This document shows positions 1 through 10,938 of a stretch of 64,000 bases of DNA, in pieces. Source of the DNA: an uncultured Aminicenantes bacterium (GTDB taxonomy: Bacteria > Acidobacteriota > Aminicenantia > UBA2199); the NCBI GenBank assembly GCA_965195285.1, contig CBDAFS010000030.1, forward strand, positions 1 to 64,000, in the 5' to 3' direction. The number at the start of each line of letters is the position of its first letter. The first letter of the stretch is position 1. Under the pieces are notes generated by a model, which was not told the origin of the DNA, made no database searches, and was given only the letters and a program-made list of their open reading frames with translations. The position numbers and the translations under genes are program-made.

Positions 1-29
1 TGGAGTTCAGACGTGTGCTCTTCCGATCT
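1..29 (+). other. Illumina TruSeq adapter remnant (assembly artefact)
   Basis: TGGAGTTCAGACGTGTGCTCTTCCGATCT matches the 3' part of the TruSeq Read 2 adapter; it lies at the contig edge and interrupts a CDS. Confidence 0.97.
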
Positions 30-391
30 ATTAGAATCACATGGAAGTCATTTTTTGTTTTCAGGGCCTCGCCAATCTGACTGGCTACACTGTACACATG
101 TTTCAAGTTTAAATGGCCGGTTTCCGCCGCAGGTGTACCCACACAAATAATCGAAATATCAGATTCCATAACAGCTCTATGATGATCCATGGTTGCTGAA
201 ATTCTATTCTGAATAAAGTTGTCTTTTATTATCTGCTCAATATCTTTTTCGACCACGGTTGGTTTTCCTTTATAAATCAGGTCAACCTTATCCTGATTTA
301 TATCAACACCAATAACCCGGTGTCCGTTCTGAGCCAGACAACCCAGACTGATACAACCCACGTACCCCAATCCGAAAATTGCTATATTCAT
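30..391 (-). CDS. UDP-glucose/GDP-mannose dehydrogenase family protein (AlgD-like), N-terminal part, truncated by contig end
   Basis: Manual translation from ATG at 391: MNIAIFGLGYVGCISLGCLAQNGHRVIGVDIN...SIICVGTP. Rossmann GxGxVG and CVGTP motifs; GAGGA RBS upstream; missing from the ORF track. Confidence 0.9.
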
Positions 392-445
392 TGATACATC
401 CTCATTCTTAATTTTTCATCAATTGAACCACACTGTCTTTAATAG

Positions 446-1762
446 CTAAGTGAGTTGTACAAAATATCTGAATTTTCCACTTCTCTCCTTCCGGATATCT
501 TGAGGGAAATGGAATGAGATCTCAATATTTGAACCGATATTTTCTTTCATTTTATCTTCGATATACAGTAATTTATTTCGATCAAAATTTTTTTCTTTCT
601 CAATCTGAAAATCAAAGTGATTACCTCTTTGTTTAACCTGAAACTGTTTGACATTATTTTCAGAATCAATTAATCCAGGATCTTTAAAAATATCAAAAAA
701 TATCCTTGAACTTACTTTCAATCCATCCGGTTTAACAACCATATCTCTGGTTTTACCTTCTATGCTTTCAAGAATCCTCGATTTTCTGCCACATGGACAA
801 AATTCATTTGAAACAATTACCCGGTCTCCGACTTTATAGTTAACCATGGGCATTGCAAAATTATGCAATTCAGTGCCAACCAATTCGAAATTCGTATCCG
901 TCCATACATACTCATACTCCTCTTCAAGGTGTAAACTTCCATCAGGGCATTCATAGGCAAATTGACCTCCATCCCGGGAACCAAATTCATTTGCCACCCG
1001 CACTCCGGATATTTTTTCAATAAATTCCCGGTCATGAAGATAAAGCACTTCCGAAGTGGCGATAATGACCCTGGGTCTGAGACCGGAAATATCAATATCG
1101 TGTTCCCTGACAAGCCGGTATAGATATTTAATCGCAGACACATACCCCCGTATATAGATCGGATTATAGGCAATCATCGATTGAATAAAATCCTTAATTG
1201 TATCTTTATTTAAATCAAACACATCAATTACAAATGGAGGTTTTAATATTTTTTCTTTCACTTTTTTTTTTAATATTCTATTTTTTTCATTTTTTTTCTG
1301 ATTTCCCCATATAAGCACATGTCGATCTCCCGGTTTGACTCCCCACCAGCTATGGAATCTGAAATGACCGGCAAGGTGAATGGCCGAAGCCTCCTTTGAC
1401 CTGAAAATCGTTACCGGGCTGCCCGTACTCCCGCTGGTTACCGCTTCGATCACTTCATGGTTGTCTTGTTCAGGTCTCAATTCCCTGGTTTTTGCCCTCA
1501 GGATTTCTTTGGTAAGCACAGGAAGGGATTTAATATCTTTTAATGTAAACATATCCGGATTCAGATCTTTCAACAAATCTTGATAATAAGGTGATTTTTC
1601 AACGGCTTTTCGAATCAATTTTTTAAAATTCTCGAGCTGAATTTTCTCAAGTCGATCCCGTTCCCACCACTGGCTCTTATCAAGGAATTTCAAATATTGA
1701 AGGGGTTTAATCGAACTCCGTCGATACTGATGGGATATCCATGATTGAAAAGGAATATTCAT
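446..1762 (-). CDS. Phenylacetate-CoA ligase-like / CapK-family adenylate-forming enzyme
   Basis: TSGSTGSP P-loop, NEFGSRD, MPMVNYKVGD, CPCGR, SGKFR C-terminus; polysaccharide context. Confidence 0.85.
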   Translation of the reverse strand: MNIPFQSWISHQYRRSSIKPLQYLKFLDKSQWWERDRLEKIQLENFKKLIRKAVEKSPYYQDLLKDLNPDMFTLKDIKSLPVLTKEILRAKTRELRPEQDNHEVIEAVTSGSTGSPVTIFRSKEASAIHLAGHFRFHSWWGVKPGDRHVLIWGNQKKNEKNRILKKKVKEKILKPPFVIDVFDLNKDTIKDFIQSMIAYNPIYIRGYVSAIKYLYRLVREHDIDISGLRPRVIIATSEVLYLHDREFIEKISGVRVANEFGSRDGGQFAYECPDGSLHLEEEYEYVWTDTNFELVGTELHNFAMPMVNYKVGDRVIVSNEFCPCGRKSRILESIEGKTRDMVVKPDGLKVSSRIFFDIFKDPGLIDSENNVKQFQVKQRGNHFDFQIEKEKNFDRNKLLYIEDKMKENIGSNIEISFHFPQDIRKERSGKFRYFVQLT

Positions 1763-1766
1763 TATT

Positions 1767-3092
1767 TTAATGAGTTGAGCTACGAATTAATTTATATTTG
1801 ACCCATTTGAAAAATTCTGTCATCCCGTAAACACCCAGGACAATCACAATGACATCAATGGAGATCCGGTATCTGTTCCGGGTAAAGGGAATAAAAATCA
1901 TATGAATCAATGAATGATACACCAGAATCGATCCTAGGAATATCGCAATTTTTCTTTTTTGACGGTAAAGACCAACAAATCCCCAGAACATGAAAGGAAG
2001 GAGCAGCCCATAGGTCAATCCAACCGAAATATTATGCCGCCATGACCACACACCATCATAGCGGTATCCAGTGGTCGAATAACTGCGATTAAAATCCACG
2101 GGCTTCCACAAAATCTGGAATACAGACCAGTAACCTTCCAGTCTCGAAAACCGGTGAGGAATAATCCCATCTTTCATGGCATCTAATTGATTTTTACGTA
2201 TGGATTTATCATTTTTCATTTTAACCTTCTCACCAGAAATTGCTTTTTGAATCTGCTCATCATCAAGATACCACTTTTGCTCAACAGGCACAAAATACTG
2301 TTCCTCCTTATAACCCAGTATTTTATCAGTGAAGCGAGCAGTTCTTAGGGATAGTAGAACCGGTTTTTGGTACACAATATAATTTCGTATAAACCAAGGT
2401 ACCATAAGCAGAAGCACAAGGAAAACAAAAATAAAACCTTTGGTCAAGCCTTTTTTCCAGCCATTATTATTTAAAAAAATTAAAAAAAATAACACCAATG
2501 GAAAATACATGAAATAACGCTCATCCATATGGATAAGCAAGGAAAATATTCCGGACATAACAAACACATTTAAATATTTAAACCTTGTTTCATAATCCTT
2601 TTTCTCATTTTTTATAACAAACAGTACAACAAGTGTAAAGAGGAAAGTCATCCAGATTTCTTTACCTGCAGTGGGGATATATTTTAAAAAAAGAACATAA
2701 ATAACTGACCAAAGTGATGCCCATAACCCAACTGTATAATCAAATATTATTCTTGCCAATAAAAAGATAAGTATACAGATAACACTACTGATTATGGCGT
2801 TAACCAAAAAAATCATCAACCATCCATCCCCAAATATTTTCTTAAACATAGCCATTAACCAGGGCAATCCAGGTCCTACAACCTGAGCAGTTATATCAAG
2901 CTTGTGAGTATCAAGCACCATTGGTCCCTGCTCCAAAATATTTTCAGCAAAATTCATATATGCCAGATCATCTTCAAAATAGGTCATCACATTTTTCTGA
3001 TAAGCTACCCACCCAATAAGAGATCTGATTAATATTGCTAAAAGGATTAGAAACAAAAGACGGTGACGATTTATTAAGTTAATTATTGTCAT
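1767..3092 (-). CDS. GT-C fold membrane glycosyltransferase (GT39/ArnT-like)
   Basis: Many TM segments, acidic EDD..Y first loop, PWFIRNY motif, RYR near the C-terminus. Confidence 0.7.
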   Translation of the reverse strand: MTIINLINRHRLLFLILLAILIRSLIGWVAYQKNVMTYFEDDLAYMNFAENILEQGPMVLDTHKLDITAQVVGPGLPWLMAMFKKIFGDGWLMIFLVNAIISSVICILIFLLARIIFDYTVGLWASLWSVIYVLFLKYIPTAGKEIWMTFLFTLVVLFVIKNEKKDYETRFKYLNVFVMSGIFSLLIHMDERYFMYFPLVLFFLIFLNNNGWKKGLTKGFIFVFLVLLLMVPWFIRNYIVYQKPVLLSLRTARFTDKILGYKEEQYFVPVEQKWYLDDEQIQKAISGEKVKMKNDKSIRKNQLDAMKDGIIPHRFSRLEGYWSVFQILWKPVDFNRSYSTTGYRYDGVWSWRHNISVGLTYGLLLPFMFWGFVGLYRQKRKIAIFLGSILVYHSLIHMIFIPFTRNRYRISIDVIVIVLGVYGMTEFFKWVKYKLIRSSTH

Positions 3093-4061
3093 TTAAACAG
3101 AGTTATTACTGTTTTTATATTTTTTATAAAATAATCTCAACAGGAGCCCTATAAAAAAGAATACGGTCACATTAAGCAAAGCAAAAATATGGGTGACAAA
3201 TCCAGCTTTAATCGCAATCTCCTTAGAAAAACCAAGTAGCATCAAACCTATCGCCCAACTACCCTCTGTAGTACCAAATCCCCCAAAGCTCTTTATAGGC
3301 AATATCATAAAAGTGATTCCAATTGAGGAAACAAAAATTATCTGAAAAATGTTTATCGAAAGCCCCATTCCTATTAAAATTACCAGGTAAAACAATATAA
3401 TAGCAGCAATACTTAGAAAAACGCAAAAAACATTTTTAATAAAAAATTCAATACTCTTTAATTTAGAAAATTCACTTTTTGTTTTCTTCAGAATCGACTG
3501 GATACTATTATTCAATTTTTTAAATATATGTACACGATTAAATACAAATAAAAATTTTTTTCGTAACCTATAAATAAGATAAATAAAAAAAATCAAGAGC
3601 AGAATGAAAAGAACTCTTTTTATTTCTAGCTTAAATATAGGTAGGACTTCAAAGAGAAATAGCAGCGATATTAAAAACAATACGATGGTTAAAGCCATAA
3701 TTGTAATTCTTAATATAACTAATACAGACATACTTTTTTCTATTGTAATCCGTTTTTTCATGAATAGAGGAAAAGAGAATTCTCCTAAACTGGCCGGAAC
3801 TATATGTACATAAAAATTATGTAGGAAATGAACCAACAATAAATCCAAAAAACCAATATTATTTTTCAGAAATAAGTAAAGTGCCATAGTTCTAAATACA
3901 TAAGCACACAAGTGAACTAGAAACCCAAATAGTATAAATTTAATTGGTACCCCTTTTAAGGCAGTGACAACTTCATTAATCGAGATATTCATAAACAGTA
4001 TAACCAGAATTAGTGAAGTAAATAGAGCAGAAATTAAAAGGGATTTAAATTTTTTATTCAC
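3093..4061 (-). CDS. Lysylphosphatidylglycerol-synthase TM domain / flippase-like (UPF0104) protein
   Basis: Polytopic; VPASLGE and [13 protein letters not shown] family motifs. Confidence 0.8.
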   Translation of the reverse strand: MNKKFKSLLISALFTSLILVILFMNISINEVVTALKGVPIKFILFGFLVHLCAYVFRTMALYLFLKNNIGFLDLLLVHFLHNFYVHIVPASLGEFSFPLFMKKRITIEKSMSVLVILRITIMALTIVLFLISLLFLFEVLPIFKLEIKRVLFILLLIFFIYLIYRLRKKFLFVFNRVHIFKKLNNSIQSILKKTKSEFSKLKSIEFFIKNVFCVFLSIAAIILFYLVILIGMGLSINIFQIIFVSSIGITFMILPIKSFGGFGTTEGSWAIGLMLLGFSKEIAIKAGFVTHIFALLNVTVFFFIGLLLRLFYKKYKNSNNSV

Positions 4062-4587
4062 GATATTTAATCACCTTAGCTGGAACTCCAACAACAATAG
4101 CTCTGTTAGGGACATTCCTGGTCACCACTGAACCGGCTGCTATTACTGCATCTTCTCCAACTGTTACTCCCTTTAATATGGTTACATTGCTTCCAATCCA
4201 AACATTTTTTTTTATGTGAATCATTCCTGCAACAATCCCTTGATCTTTGATCGGGACATCCAGTCTATCAAATTTATGATCCGATGTTATAAAGGTCGAT
4301 TTGGTCCCGATTCGCACACCCTTATCAATCTTTATTCCTCCATAACCGGACAGATAAACAAATTCATTTAATGTAACATGATTGCCAATAATAATCCGAT
4401 ATGGATACCATAGAGTTACGCCCTCTGCAATTCTACATTTTCCCATTTTCTTTATAAAAGGTTTAGTAAAAAGAAAACGAAGAACGTTTCCCAATGGGGC
4501 AGGGAAATATTTAACGAGTCCATAAAAAGAGAAAAAAAAACCATGTATTAAATAATCCTGGAGAGTAAAGTCTTTTTTAATTTTCAT
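4054..4587 (-). CDS. Hexapeptide-repeat O-acyltransferase
   Basis: Left-handed beta-helix repeats [34 protein letters not shown]. Confidence 0.9.
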   Translation of the reverse strand: MKIKKDFTLQDYLIHGFFFSFYGLVKYFPAPLGNVLRFLFTKPFIKKMGKCRIAEGVTLWYPYRIIIGNHVTLNEFVYLSGYGGIKIDKGVRIGTKSTFITSDHKFDRLDVPIKDQGIVAGMIHIKKNVWIGSNVTILKGVTVGEDAVIAAGSVVTRNVPNRAIVVGVPAKVIKYRE

Positions 4588-4614
4588 TTAAAGTTATATT
4601 AGATATCAATATTA

Positions 4615-5487
4615 TTATTTTGTTAAATACTTACGCATTTCACTGATCTGATCTACAACAAGTCCAAAAAAAAAGACAAGAATGCTAGATAGGATTAATA
4701 AGAGAGCAGCAGGTATTAAACGTACACCTTGAGGAATAAAAATTATTCCATATAAAATTTCATAAATTATTCCAATAGTTAAAAGAAAAAAACTAACGGG
4801 TAAAAAAATTTTAAGTGGATTAAATAATACAATAAGCCTTAATATAAGGAGAATTGTACTGGAACCATGCTTTATTTGTCTGACTGAACTCTTGCCTTGT
4901 CTTTTTTTTACTGTAATCGGGTAATAGCCAACACTATATCCCATATTAAATAATGCAATTGTGGATGTAGTAGAAAATGAAAAACCATCTGGCATAAGGT
5001 GTAATAATTTTGAAAGAACCTCTCTTTTAATTACACGCAAACCTGAATTTAGATCAGGAATTTTTTTACCTGATAAAAAATTAGCTATTTTTGACAGTAT
5101 CCACTTCCCTGGTCTTCGAATCCACTCTCTATGGGAACTTTTTATCCGTTCTCCGACAATCATATCAAAGTTTCCGAAATTTTCAACAAGCTTTTTGAGA
5201 TCTTCAGGATTATGTTGTCCATCACCATCAAAAAAAGCAATTAAGTCAGTATTTGCATTTTTTATTCCAGTTTTAAGTGCCGCACCATATCCCTTATTAT
5301 ATGGATGATTAACAACTGTAATCCAATTTATTTTTTTCAATATTTTACTTGTATTGTCAGTCGACCCATCATTTACCACAATTATGTTCCATTTATTTTT
5401 ATCAGCAAAAAGTTTTAAATCGCAAATTGTATCATTAATTCCATTTTCCTCATTATATACGGGTATGATCATTGTGATATTATTCAA
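4615..5487 (-). CDS. GT2 polyprenol-phosphate glycosyltransferase (DPM-synthase-like) with C-terminal TM helices
   Basis: IIPVYNEE, VNDGSTD, NKGYGAA, DGDGQH, DLNSGLR. Confidence 0.88.
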   Translation of the reverse strand: MNNITMIIPVYNEENGINDTICDLKLFADKNKWNIIVVNDGSTDNTSKILKKINWITVVNHPYNKGYGAALKTGIKNANTDLIAFFDGDGQHNPEDLKKLVENFGNFDMIVGERIKSSHREWIRRPGKWILSKIANFLSGKKIPDLNSGLRVIKREVLSKLLHLMPDGFSFSTTSTIALFNMGYSVGYYPITVKKRQGKSSVRQIKHGSSTILLILRLIVLFNPLKIFLPVSFFLLTIGIIYEILYGIIFIPQGVRLIPAALLLILSSILVFFFGLVVDQISEMRKYLTK

Positions 5488-6322
5488 AATATTCCTCCTG
5501 ATTGTTTAGATCCTTCTTAGCAACAACAAAGATATTTGTATTAACATTTTCAAAGGGTAATATTGTTTTTAACACCCGATAATATCGAGACCAGGGATAA
5601 GTAAAGGTCTGGCTGGATTCTATTATAAATCCATAATTCTGAATTTTTTTTAACAAATTCTCATATTCATGACAATTGCAGTGACCAGGTGGATTACCCT
5701 GCCAAGTATTTAACAGGTTCTTTCCCGTAATTTTTTTATAAATCTTTGGAACCCACTTGTCTAACAGTCTTAACCACTTGTTAAAAATTGATTCAGACAA
5801 AAAAAAGAACGGCAAAAGTAACCAAATATAATTTCTCTTCGTTAGATAGGTATATCTTCCTGGTTTGGTCTGAATGATAAATATTCCACTACTTTTAAGC
5901 ATATCATGAACTTTATTGAAATATTTGTGAAGCTCTCTATCTGGTAAATGTTCCAACAGATTGTTACTCACGATAACATCAAATGAGGTTTTTTTAAAAC
6001 ATAAATCATCCGAAGTGTTGTGGAAGAACCTGATATTCTCAATTTTAAACTCTTTTGCTAACATGCGTGCATTTTTTGTTTGAATTGGATCAAAATCCAC
6101 ACCATAACAATCATAGCCATCACGGGCCAGTACAAGCAGAACAGTCCCCACACCACATCCCAGTTCTAGGACTCTACAACCTTTTTTAAACTTCCGTGCT
6201 CTATCAACAATCAATGCTATTTCATACTGCCAGTCTCTACTTCTTCCTTGAAAATATTCTCGGGTCTTTTTTACAAAATAGTCACTGTAATTTTGTTCAT
6301 GAACTGGAGCTATTTCTTTCAT
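5480..6322 (-). CDS. Class I SAM-dependent methyltransferase
   Basis: VLELGCGVG motif I, FDVIVSNNLLEHL. Confidence 0.88.
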   Translation of the reverse strand: MKEIAPVHEQNYSDYFVKKTREYFQGRSRDWQYEIALIVDRARKFKKGCRVLELGCGVGTVLLVLARDGYDCYGVDFDPIQTKNARMLAKEFKIENIRFFHNTSDDLCFKKTSFDVIVSNNLLEHLPDRELHKYFNKVHDMLKSSGIFIIQTKPGRYTYLTKRNYIWLLLPFFFLSESIFNKWLRLLDKWVPKIYKKITGKNLLNTWQGNPPGHCNCHEYENLLKKIQNYGFIIESSQTFTYPWSRYYRVLKTILPFENVNTNIFVVAKKDLNNQEEYFE

Positions 6323-7573
6323 TTAAGTACCTGCCAATTGTCTATATAAAAATAAAAATTTATTACAAATTTTTGGCCAATGAAATATTTCTTTTACTTT
6401 CTTTCTTTCAGCTACATTTACAACAATATCTCCACTCATGAAGTTTGAAATTTTGGCTTCCCAGTTCCCATAATCGGTCGGATCAAACAATATTCCCGCG
6501 GCCAAGTGCTTCAAAACATCGTCAACACCTCCCACATTCGTAACCATTACCGGTGTCTCACAGGCAATGGCTTTCACAACTGAAACCGGACCGCCTTCTG
6601 TTTTGGATGCGGAAATAAATAGATCCGACGCTTGATATAATTGCAGCATATCCGTATCGTTCAAAAATCCCAAAAACTCCAGCTTTTCTACCTTTATCAA
6701 CTCTTGTCCGACTCGCCTCAGATATTCCTCATATGGCTGTTCCCCATGTCCGGCAATAAGTAATTTAAAATCAGCGTGTTGATTCCGGTGAATATGAGTA
6801 AACATCTCAATCACCCGATCGATTTGTTTCAGTGCAAAAAACCGGGAAGCCATTGAAAACACCTCGGAAGAGGACTCAATTCCGAATTCTTTCTTGGCCT
6901 GATTTTTATTGCCAGATTTCCAAAATTCAAAATCACACCCCATGAATATGCGTTCAATTCCAATCGGCCGATATCTATAAAGCGTTGATACATATTTTGA
7001 ATTGTTATAAACAAAAAACACCGGTTTATTTCTTTTTAAAGTTTTATATGAAAAATAATAATGAATATTCCGGAAGAAATTTTTACGTATTCGTTTAAAC
7101 TCCAGATAAGGATGTGACAGGCGGGAATGAAATTGAATGAGTTTGGGCACATTTGGAAATTTTTGAATGATTTCTCTGCAGATCCTGTGCCCGGTGCCAT
7201 TGAGATGGAGAATTGTTTCAGAATTTATTTCCTGTTCCAGATTTTTTAACATAAAATCAGAATTGACATCAATTCGTTTTTTTTTTCTCCATATTGTTTT
7301 TTCTTTTGTAGCAGGAAAAATTTTATGAACCAGACCATCATCAAAAGTATGGCTATATATTCTTTCGGCCCGCGAGTCCGGCCGCCAGACTTCATAGTTG
7401 AATTCATTGGAAATCTTCAATAATTCCCTGCCAATCAAATCAGGCCAATCTCCTCTGAATAATCCCACCCAACTTCCTGATGGGGTATCCCAAAAGATAT
7501 CCGGACGATTATCATCTTGAATATACTCATATGCCGGTGGATGAGGTAGAATGTTAATGACACGGAGTTTCAT
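6323..7573 (-). CDS. Glycosyltransferase family 4
   Basis: C-terminal GT-B domain with YQASDLFISASKTEGGPVSVVKA. Confidence 0.85.
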   Translation of the reverse strand: MKLRVINILPHPPAYEYIQDDNRPDIFWDTPSGSWVGLFRGDWPDLIGRELLKISNEFNYEVWRPDSRAERIYSHTFDDGLVHKIFPATKEKTIWRKKKRIDVNSDFMLKNLEQEINSETILHLNGTGHRICREIIQKFPNVPKLIQFHSRLSHPYLEFKRIRKNFFRNIHYYFSYKTLKRNKPVFFVYNNSKYVSTLYRYRPIGIERIFMGCDFEFWKSGNKNQAKKEFGIESSSEVFSMASRFFALKQIDRVIEMFTHIHRNQHADFKLLIAGHGEQPYEEYLRRVGQELIKVEKLEFLGFLNDTDMLQLYQASDLFISASKTEGGPVSVVKAIACETPVMVTNVGGVDDVLKHLAAGILFDPTDYGNWEAKISNFMSGDIVVNVAERKKVKEIFHWPKICNKFLFLYRQLAGT

Positions 7574-8776
7574 CTAAACTCCATAATATTTGGAAAATAA
7601 ATCATTGTAAACTTTGATATTACCTTTTATGATAGATCCAAAATCATAATATTTTTTTGAAGTCTCTCGAGGTGAATATTTTCGAGGATTTCGCAAAACC
7701 TTTCGAATGCATTCCTGCACATCCTCCTCTGTCTCAGGTACTTCTCCAACCTTTTTCCAATCATCGCTGGGAAAATGAAGTAACTGTCTGCTTACCACCG
7801 GTATATCACAAGCAAGAGCTTCAATAATGGCAGTACTGATTCCACCAAATTTTACCCATGTTCCATCAAGTGCAGGTGCGCAATAAACATCAGCAGAACT
7901 AAAAAAATTATCCATTTGATCATTAGGAATCTTCCCATAAATTTTTGCGCCACTTCTTTTAGCATGTTCATAAAGAGAATCAGATTCCAGCCCTCCAACC
8001 AAAAGCAATTCCAAATCAATTTCATTTTGAAGTATATCAAATGCATTTAAGAGTATATCAACTCCTTTCAATTCATAGAATGATCCAACATATAAAATAA
8101 CATTCTTTTGAATTGGGATCCCCAATATCTGCCTCGCAATTTTTTTTTCAACCGGTTTCCAATCTTTAAAAAATTTTCGCCCAGATTCCAGTACGATTTT
8201 TTGTTTTTCTATAAATTGAGAAAGGTGGTCTCGCTCAAATCTTGATACTACAGAAAAATAATCCACCCATTTTAAAACCATTCGATCAATCGCTGCAAAT
8301 ACTTTGTTGAATACTATTTTCTTCAAAAGACTTTTTTTTTTCTGATATTCAAAAGGAACACTGCCATGATGGGATATAAATATTGGACACTTGTGGAATA
8401 AAAATATCAACCAGATACTCTGTATATAGTGAATATAATGCAGATCGATCAATATTAAATTTTTCTTTGCTTCAATCCTGAGTGCTTTTATCATCAAAAG
8501 GGGCAACTTTAATAAACTGTATTTTTTACTTTGAGGAAATAACCGACACATTACTCCTTCAACTTTTTTAACCGATATTTCTTTAACTTCCCTCTCAGGT
8601 CGCCATATTTCCTGTTCATACAGGTTTGTAAATTTCAAGATATTCACAGCCTGTAGCTGAGCCCAGCCAGCAAGATAAAAATAGGGTGAATGCTTTGTGG
8701 GAAAATTTGGAGAATAACCACGGTTGTAGATATGAATGATTTTCTTCCTTTGGGTGCTATTTATATTTTTCTTCAT
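7574..8776 (-). CDS. Glycosyltransferase family 4
   Basis: LYVGSF..KG, FSSADVY, EALACDIPVV. Confidence 0.85.
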   Translation of the reverse strand: MKKNINSTQRKKIIHIYNRGYSPNFPTKHSPYFYLAGWAQLQAVNILKFTNLYEQEIWRPEREVKEISVKKVEGVMCRLFPQSKKYSLLKLPLLMIKALRIEAKKNLILIDLHYIHYIQSIWLIFLFHKCPIFISHHGSVPFEYQKKKSLLKKIVFNKVFAAIDRMVLKWVDYFSVVSRFERDHLSQFIEKQKIVLESGRKFFKDWKPVEKKIARQILGIPIQKNVILYVGSFYELKGVDILLNAFDILQNEIDLELLLVGGLESDSLYEHAKRSGAKIYGKIPNDQMDNFFSSADVYCAPALDGTWVKFGGISTAIIEALACDIPVVSRQLLHFPSDDWKKVGEVPETEEDVQECIRKVLRNPRKYSPRETSKKYYDFGSIIKGNIKVYNDLFSKYYGV

Positions 8777-10286
8777 AGCCTTCCTTGATTTCTTTTACCG
8801 CATAATTTTTTAGTTCTAAGGGATTTAAGATTTTTAAAAAATACTTGAACTCATTTCGACTAAACTCTTTAAATAAAAATAAAACACTAAAAAATATTAA
8901 TACTCCTAACAAACCAACGACTATTAAGTGATACCAAAACACCACAGCAATCCAATTTTTTAACAAAAATAAACAACCAGCCATCACCACAGCAGCCAAT
9001 AAATGAATCAAGAGAACTGGATTTGTTTTGGCTCTGGTTATTCTGAACGCAAAAAAACGATATATAATACCTGCCATAACAGTGGCAACCAGCGTGGCAG
9101 CTGATGCCCCGATTGCCCCCATTCCCAATAGAGGAATTCCCAATAATCGAGGAGGTATAAAAATAAAATTAAGGATGATATTCAAACCCAGGGTGAATAT
9201 CGACAATTTTGCCAGCAATTTAATATTATCCGTACCACTGATCTGGGAGGCATAATTTGATGTAATGGCATTCACATAGACCACAAAAATTAAGATTATA
9301 AATATTACTGGAGCAACAGCAGAAAATTTATTCCCCAGCAATAACTGGCACACTTGCTTGGAGAACACTAGGCTGAATGCCACTACAGGAAACAGAATCA
9401 TTGACAGATATCGTTCAGCCCGGTCACTTAATTGGCGAATAGACTCGATGTCCCCTTTTGCATAATAATAAGAAACCGTTGGAAATATCAAAGCTGCACT
9501 TGAAAGCGTCACACTGGAGAAAATTAAAGTTATCTGCTTGGCTGCCGCATAATAACCGACATCTGTAGCTGACCAGAAAAACTGAATCATTACTTTATCA
9601 ATATTCGCTGCATATTTGGAAACAAATCCAATAAATATAACCGGGATGGCAAAACGGGTGTAACTTTTAAAATATTCAAGGTTCGGTTTTCTTACCGGAT
9701 AACCTTTAAAAAAATAAATTGTGAGTCCCAGTAAAATGATTGCACCGGCTACATTGGCCCCGGCCAACCAGATCACCCCAAGACCAGTAACAGCTACCAG
9801 AACTTTTCCTGCTACTGTAACCACTTTCCCAGCCAAATTGGCAATATTAACCTTGGCCACCTCTTTCCGGGCAGAGAAGGTGGCCTTGATCATGGTGGAA
9901 ATTCCGGAAAGAAAATAATAACCCAGCAAAATATACAGTACAATTTCATGTTCAGGACTTACAAATGGTTTTTTTTGAATGTACTTGGTCACCACTATGG
10001 AGCCCAATACCAAAGCCATCATCACACCAAGGAGGATCATGCGTATGGTAAAATAGATACCGTTACATGTGCCGAGATCTTTTCCTTCGGATATCCTTTT
10101 TGTATGGGCTGTACCATAGCCGAGATCCCCAAACGGCTGGAACATGGCAATATATGCCATACCGAAGGCCAGAATCCCCAATGCCTCAGGTCCCATAAAC
10201 CGTGCCACAAAAAACAATGATACATATCCCAGGACTTGTTCTGTGAAATTTATCACCAAGGAAAATGACATCTTCCGGCCAATCAT
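8757..10286 (-). CDS. wzx: Polysaccharide flippase (Wzx, MOP superfamily)
   Basis: About 14 TM segments, ARFMGPEALG, IDKVMI...VGYYAAA, NIILNFIFIP..GAIGASAAT. Confidence 0.88.
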   Translation of the reverse strand: MIGRKMSFSLVINFTEQVLGYVSLFFVARFMGPEALGILAFGMAYIAMFQPFGDLGYGTAHTKRISEGKDLGTCNGIYFTIRMILLGVMMALVLGSIVVTKYIQKKPFVSPEHEIVLYILLGYYFLSGISTMIKATFSARKEVAKVNIANLAGKVVTVAGKVLVAVTGLGVIWLAGANVAGAIILLGLTIYFFKGYPVRKPNLEYFKSYTRFAIPVIFIGFVSKYAANIDKVMIQFFWSATDVGYYAAAKQITLIFSSVTLSSAALIFPTVSYYYAKGDIESIRQLSDRAERYLSMILFPVVAFSLVFSKQVCQLLLGNKFSAVAPVIFIILIFVVYVNAITSNYASQISGTDNIKLLAKLSIFTLGLNIILNFIFIPPRLLGIPLLGMGAIGASAATLVATVMAGIIYRFFAFRITRAKTNPVLLIHLLAAVVMAGCLFLLKNWIAVVFWYHLIVVGLLGVLIFFSVLFLFKEFSRNEFKYFLKILNPLELKNYAVKEIKEGYEEKYK

Positions 10287-10290
10287 TAAT

Positions 10291-10938
10291 CTAAAACCTG
10301 TTTTTTACCTTTTTTACAAAGTGAAATGAAAAACCGAACACACGTAAATATTTGATCACAAGGATAATTTTATTCAATTGTAGTTTTTCATGAACAATCA
10401 ATGAACTTTTATTAATCGGCATAATGAATCCATATATTTTATTAAAACCTTCAAGATTTTTAAAATATTCAAGGCAATAATTCCATAATGATTTATAGAT
10501 ACCCCCCCCCCTGTATTCTTCCAAAGTAAATCCATCTATTAATGGAACAACATCATGGGTAACCCTTAATAAATATTTCACATCGGGTAAATAAACCTCG
10601 TGGAAGGATGTCCAAAGACAACTGACTATCTGACCATCAATTTCAGCAACAAAACATAAATTTCCCTGGTCAAAGAGACTCCTTGCCTGTCCTTGAAACC
10701 AGGTTTCACGCTTTTGAATAAGAGATGCAATGTCATCAATCTTTCTGGCAATTCTCACTTTGATTTTTTTATCATATGTTATTGCTCCAATATCGGACAA
10801 TAAAATTTCAAAAACATAAAGTTTATCATATTTAGGAACCGCAATAACCTTGAATTTTTTGAATATTAATGCAATATAAGGTTTTAATCCTTTTTGTTTT
10901 AGTTTTAACCAGATAGTTCGTTTACTCATCCATATCAA
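10291..10938 (-). CDS. GNAT-fold acetyltransferase-like protein
   Basis: CFVAEIDGQIV, FTLEEYRGGGI acyl-CoA-binding motif, N..S...H. Confidence 0.65.
   Translation of the reverse strand: MIWMSKRTIWLKLKQKGLKPYIALIFKKFKVIAVPKYDKLYVFEILLSDIGAITYDKKIKVRIARKIDDIASLIQKRETWFQGQARSLFDQGNLCFVAEIDGQIVSCLWTSFHEVYLPDVKYLLRVTHDVVPLIDGFTLEEYRGGGIYKSLWNYCLEYFKNLEGFNKIYGFIMPINKSSLIVHEKLQLNKIILVIKYLRVFGFSFHFVKKVKNRF

Noticed and set aside
1262-1298. Poly-T/poly-A runs in glycan genes as phase-variation sites
   Set aside because: Expected in very AT-rich Lys/Phe-rich coding sequence; no frameshift observed
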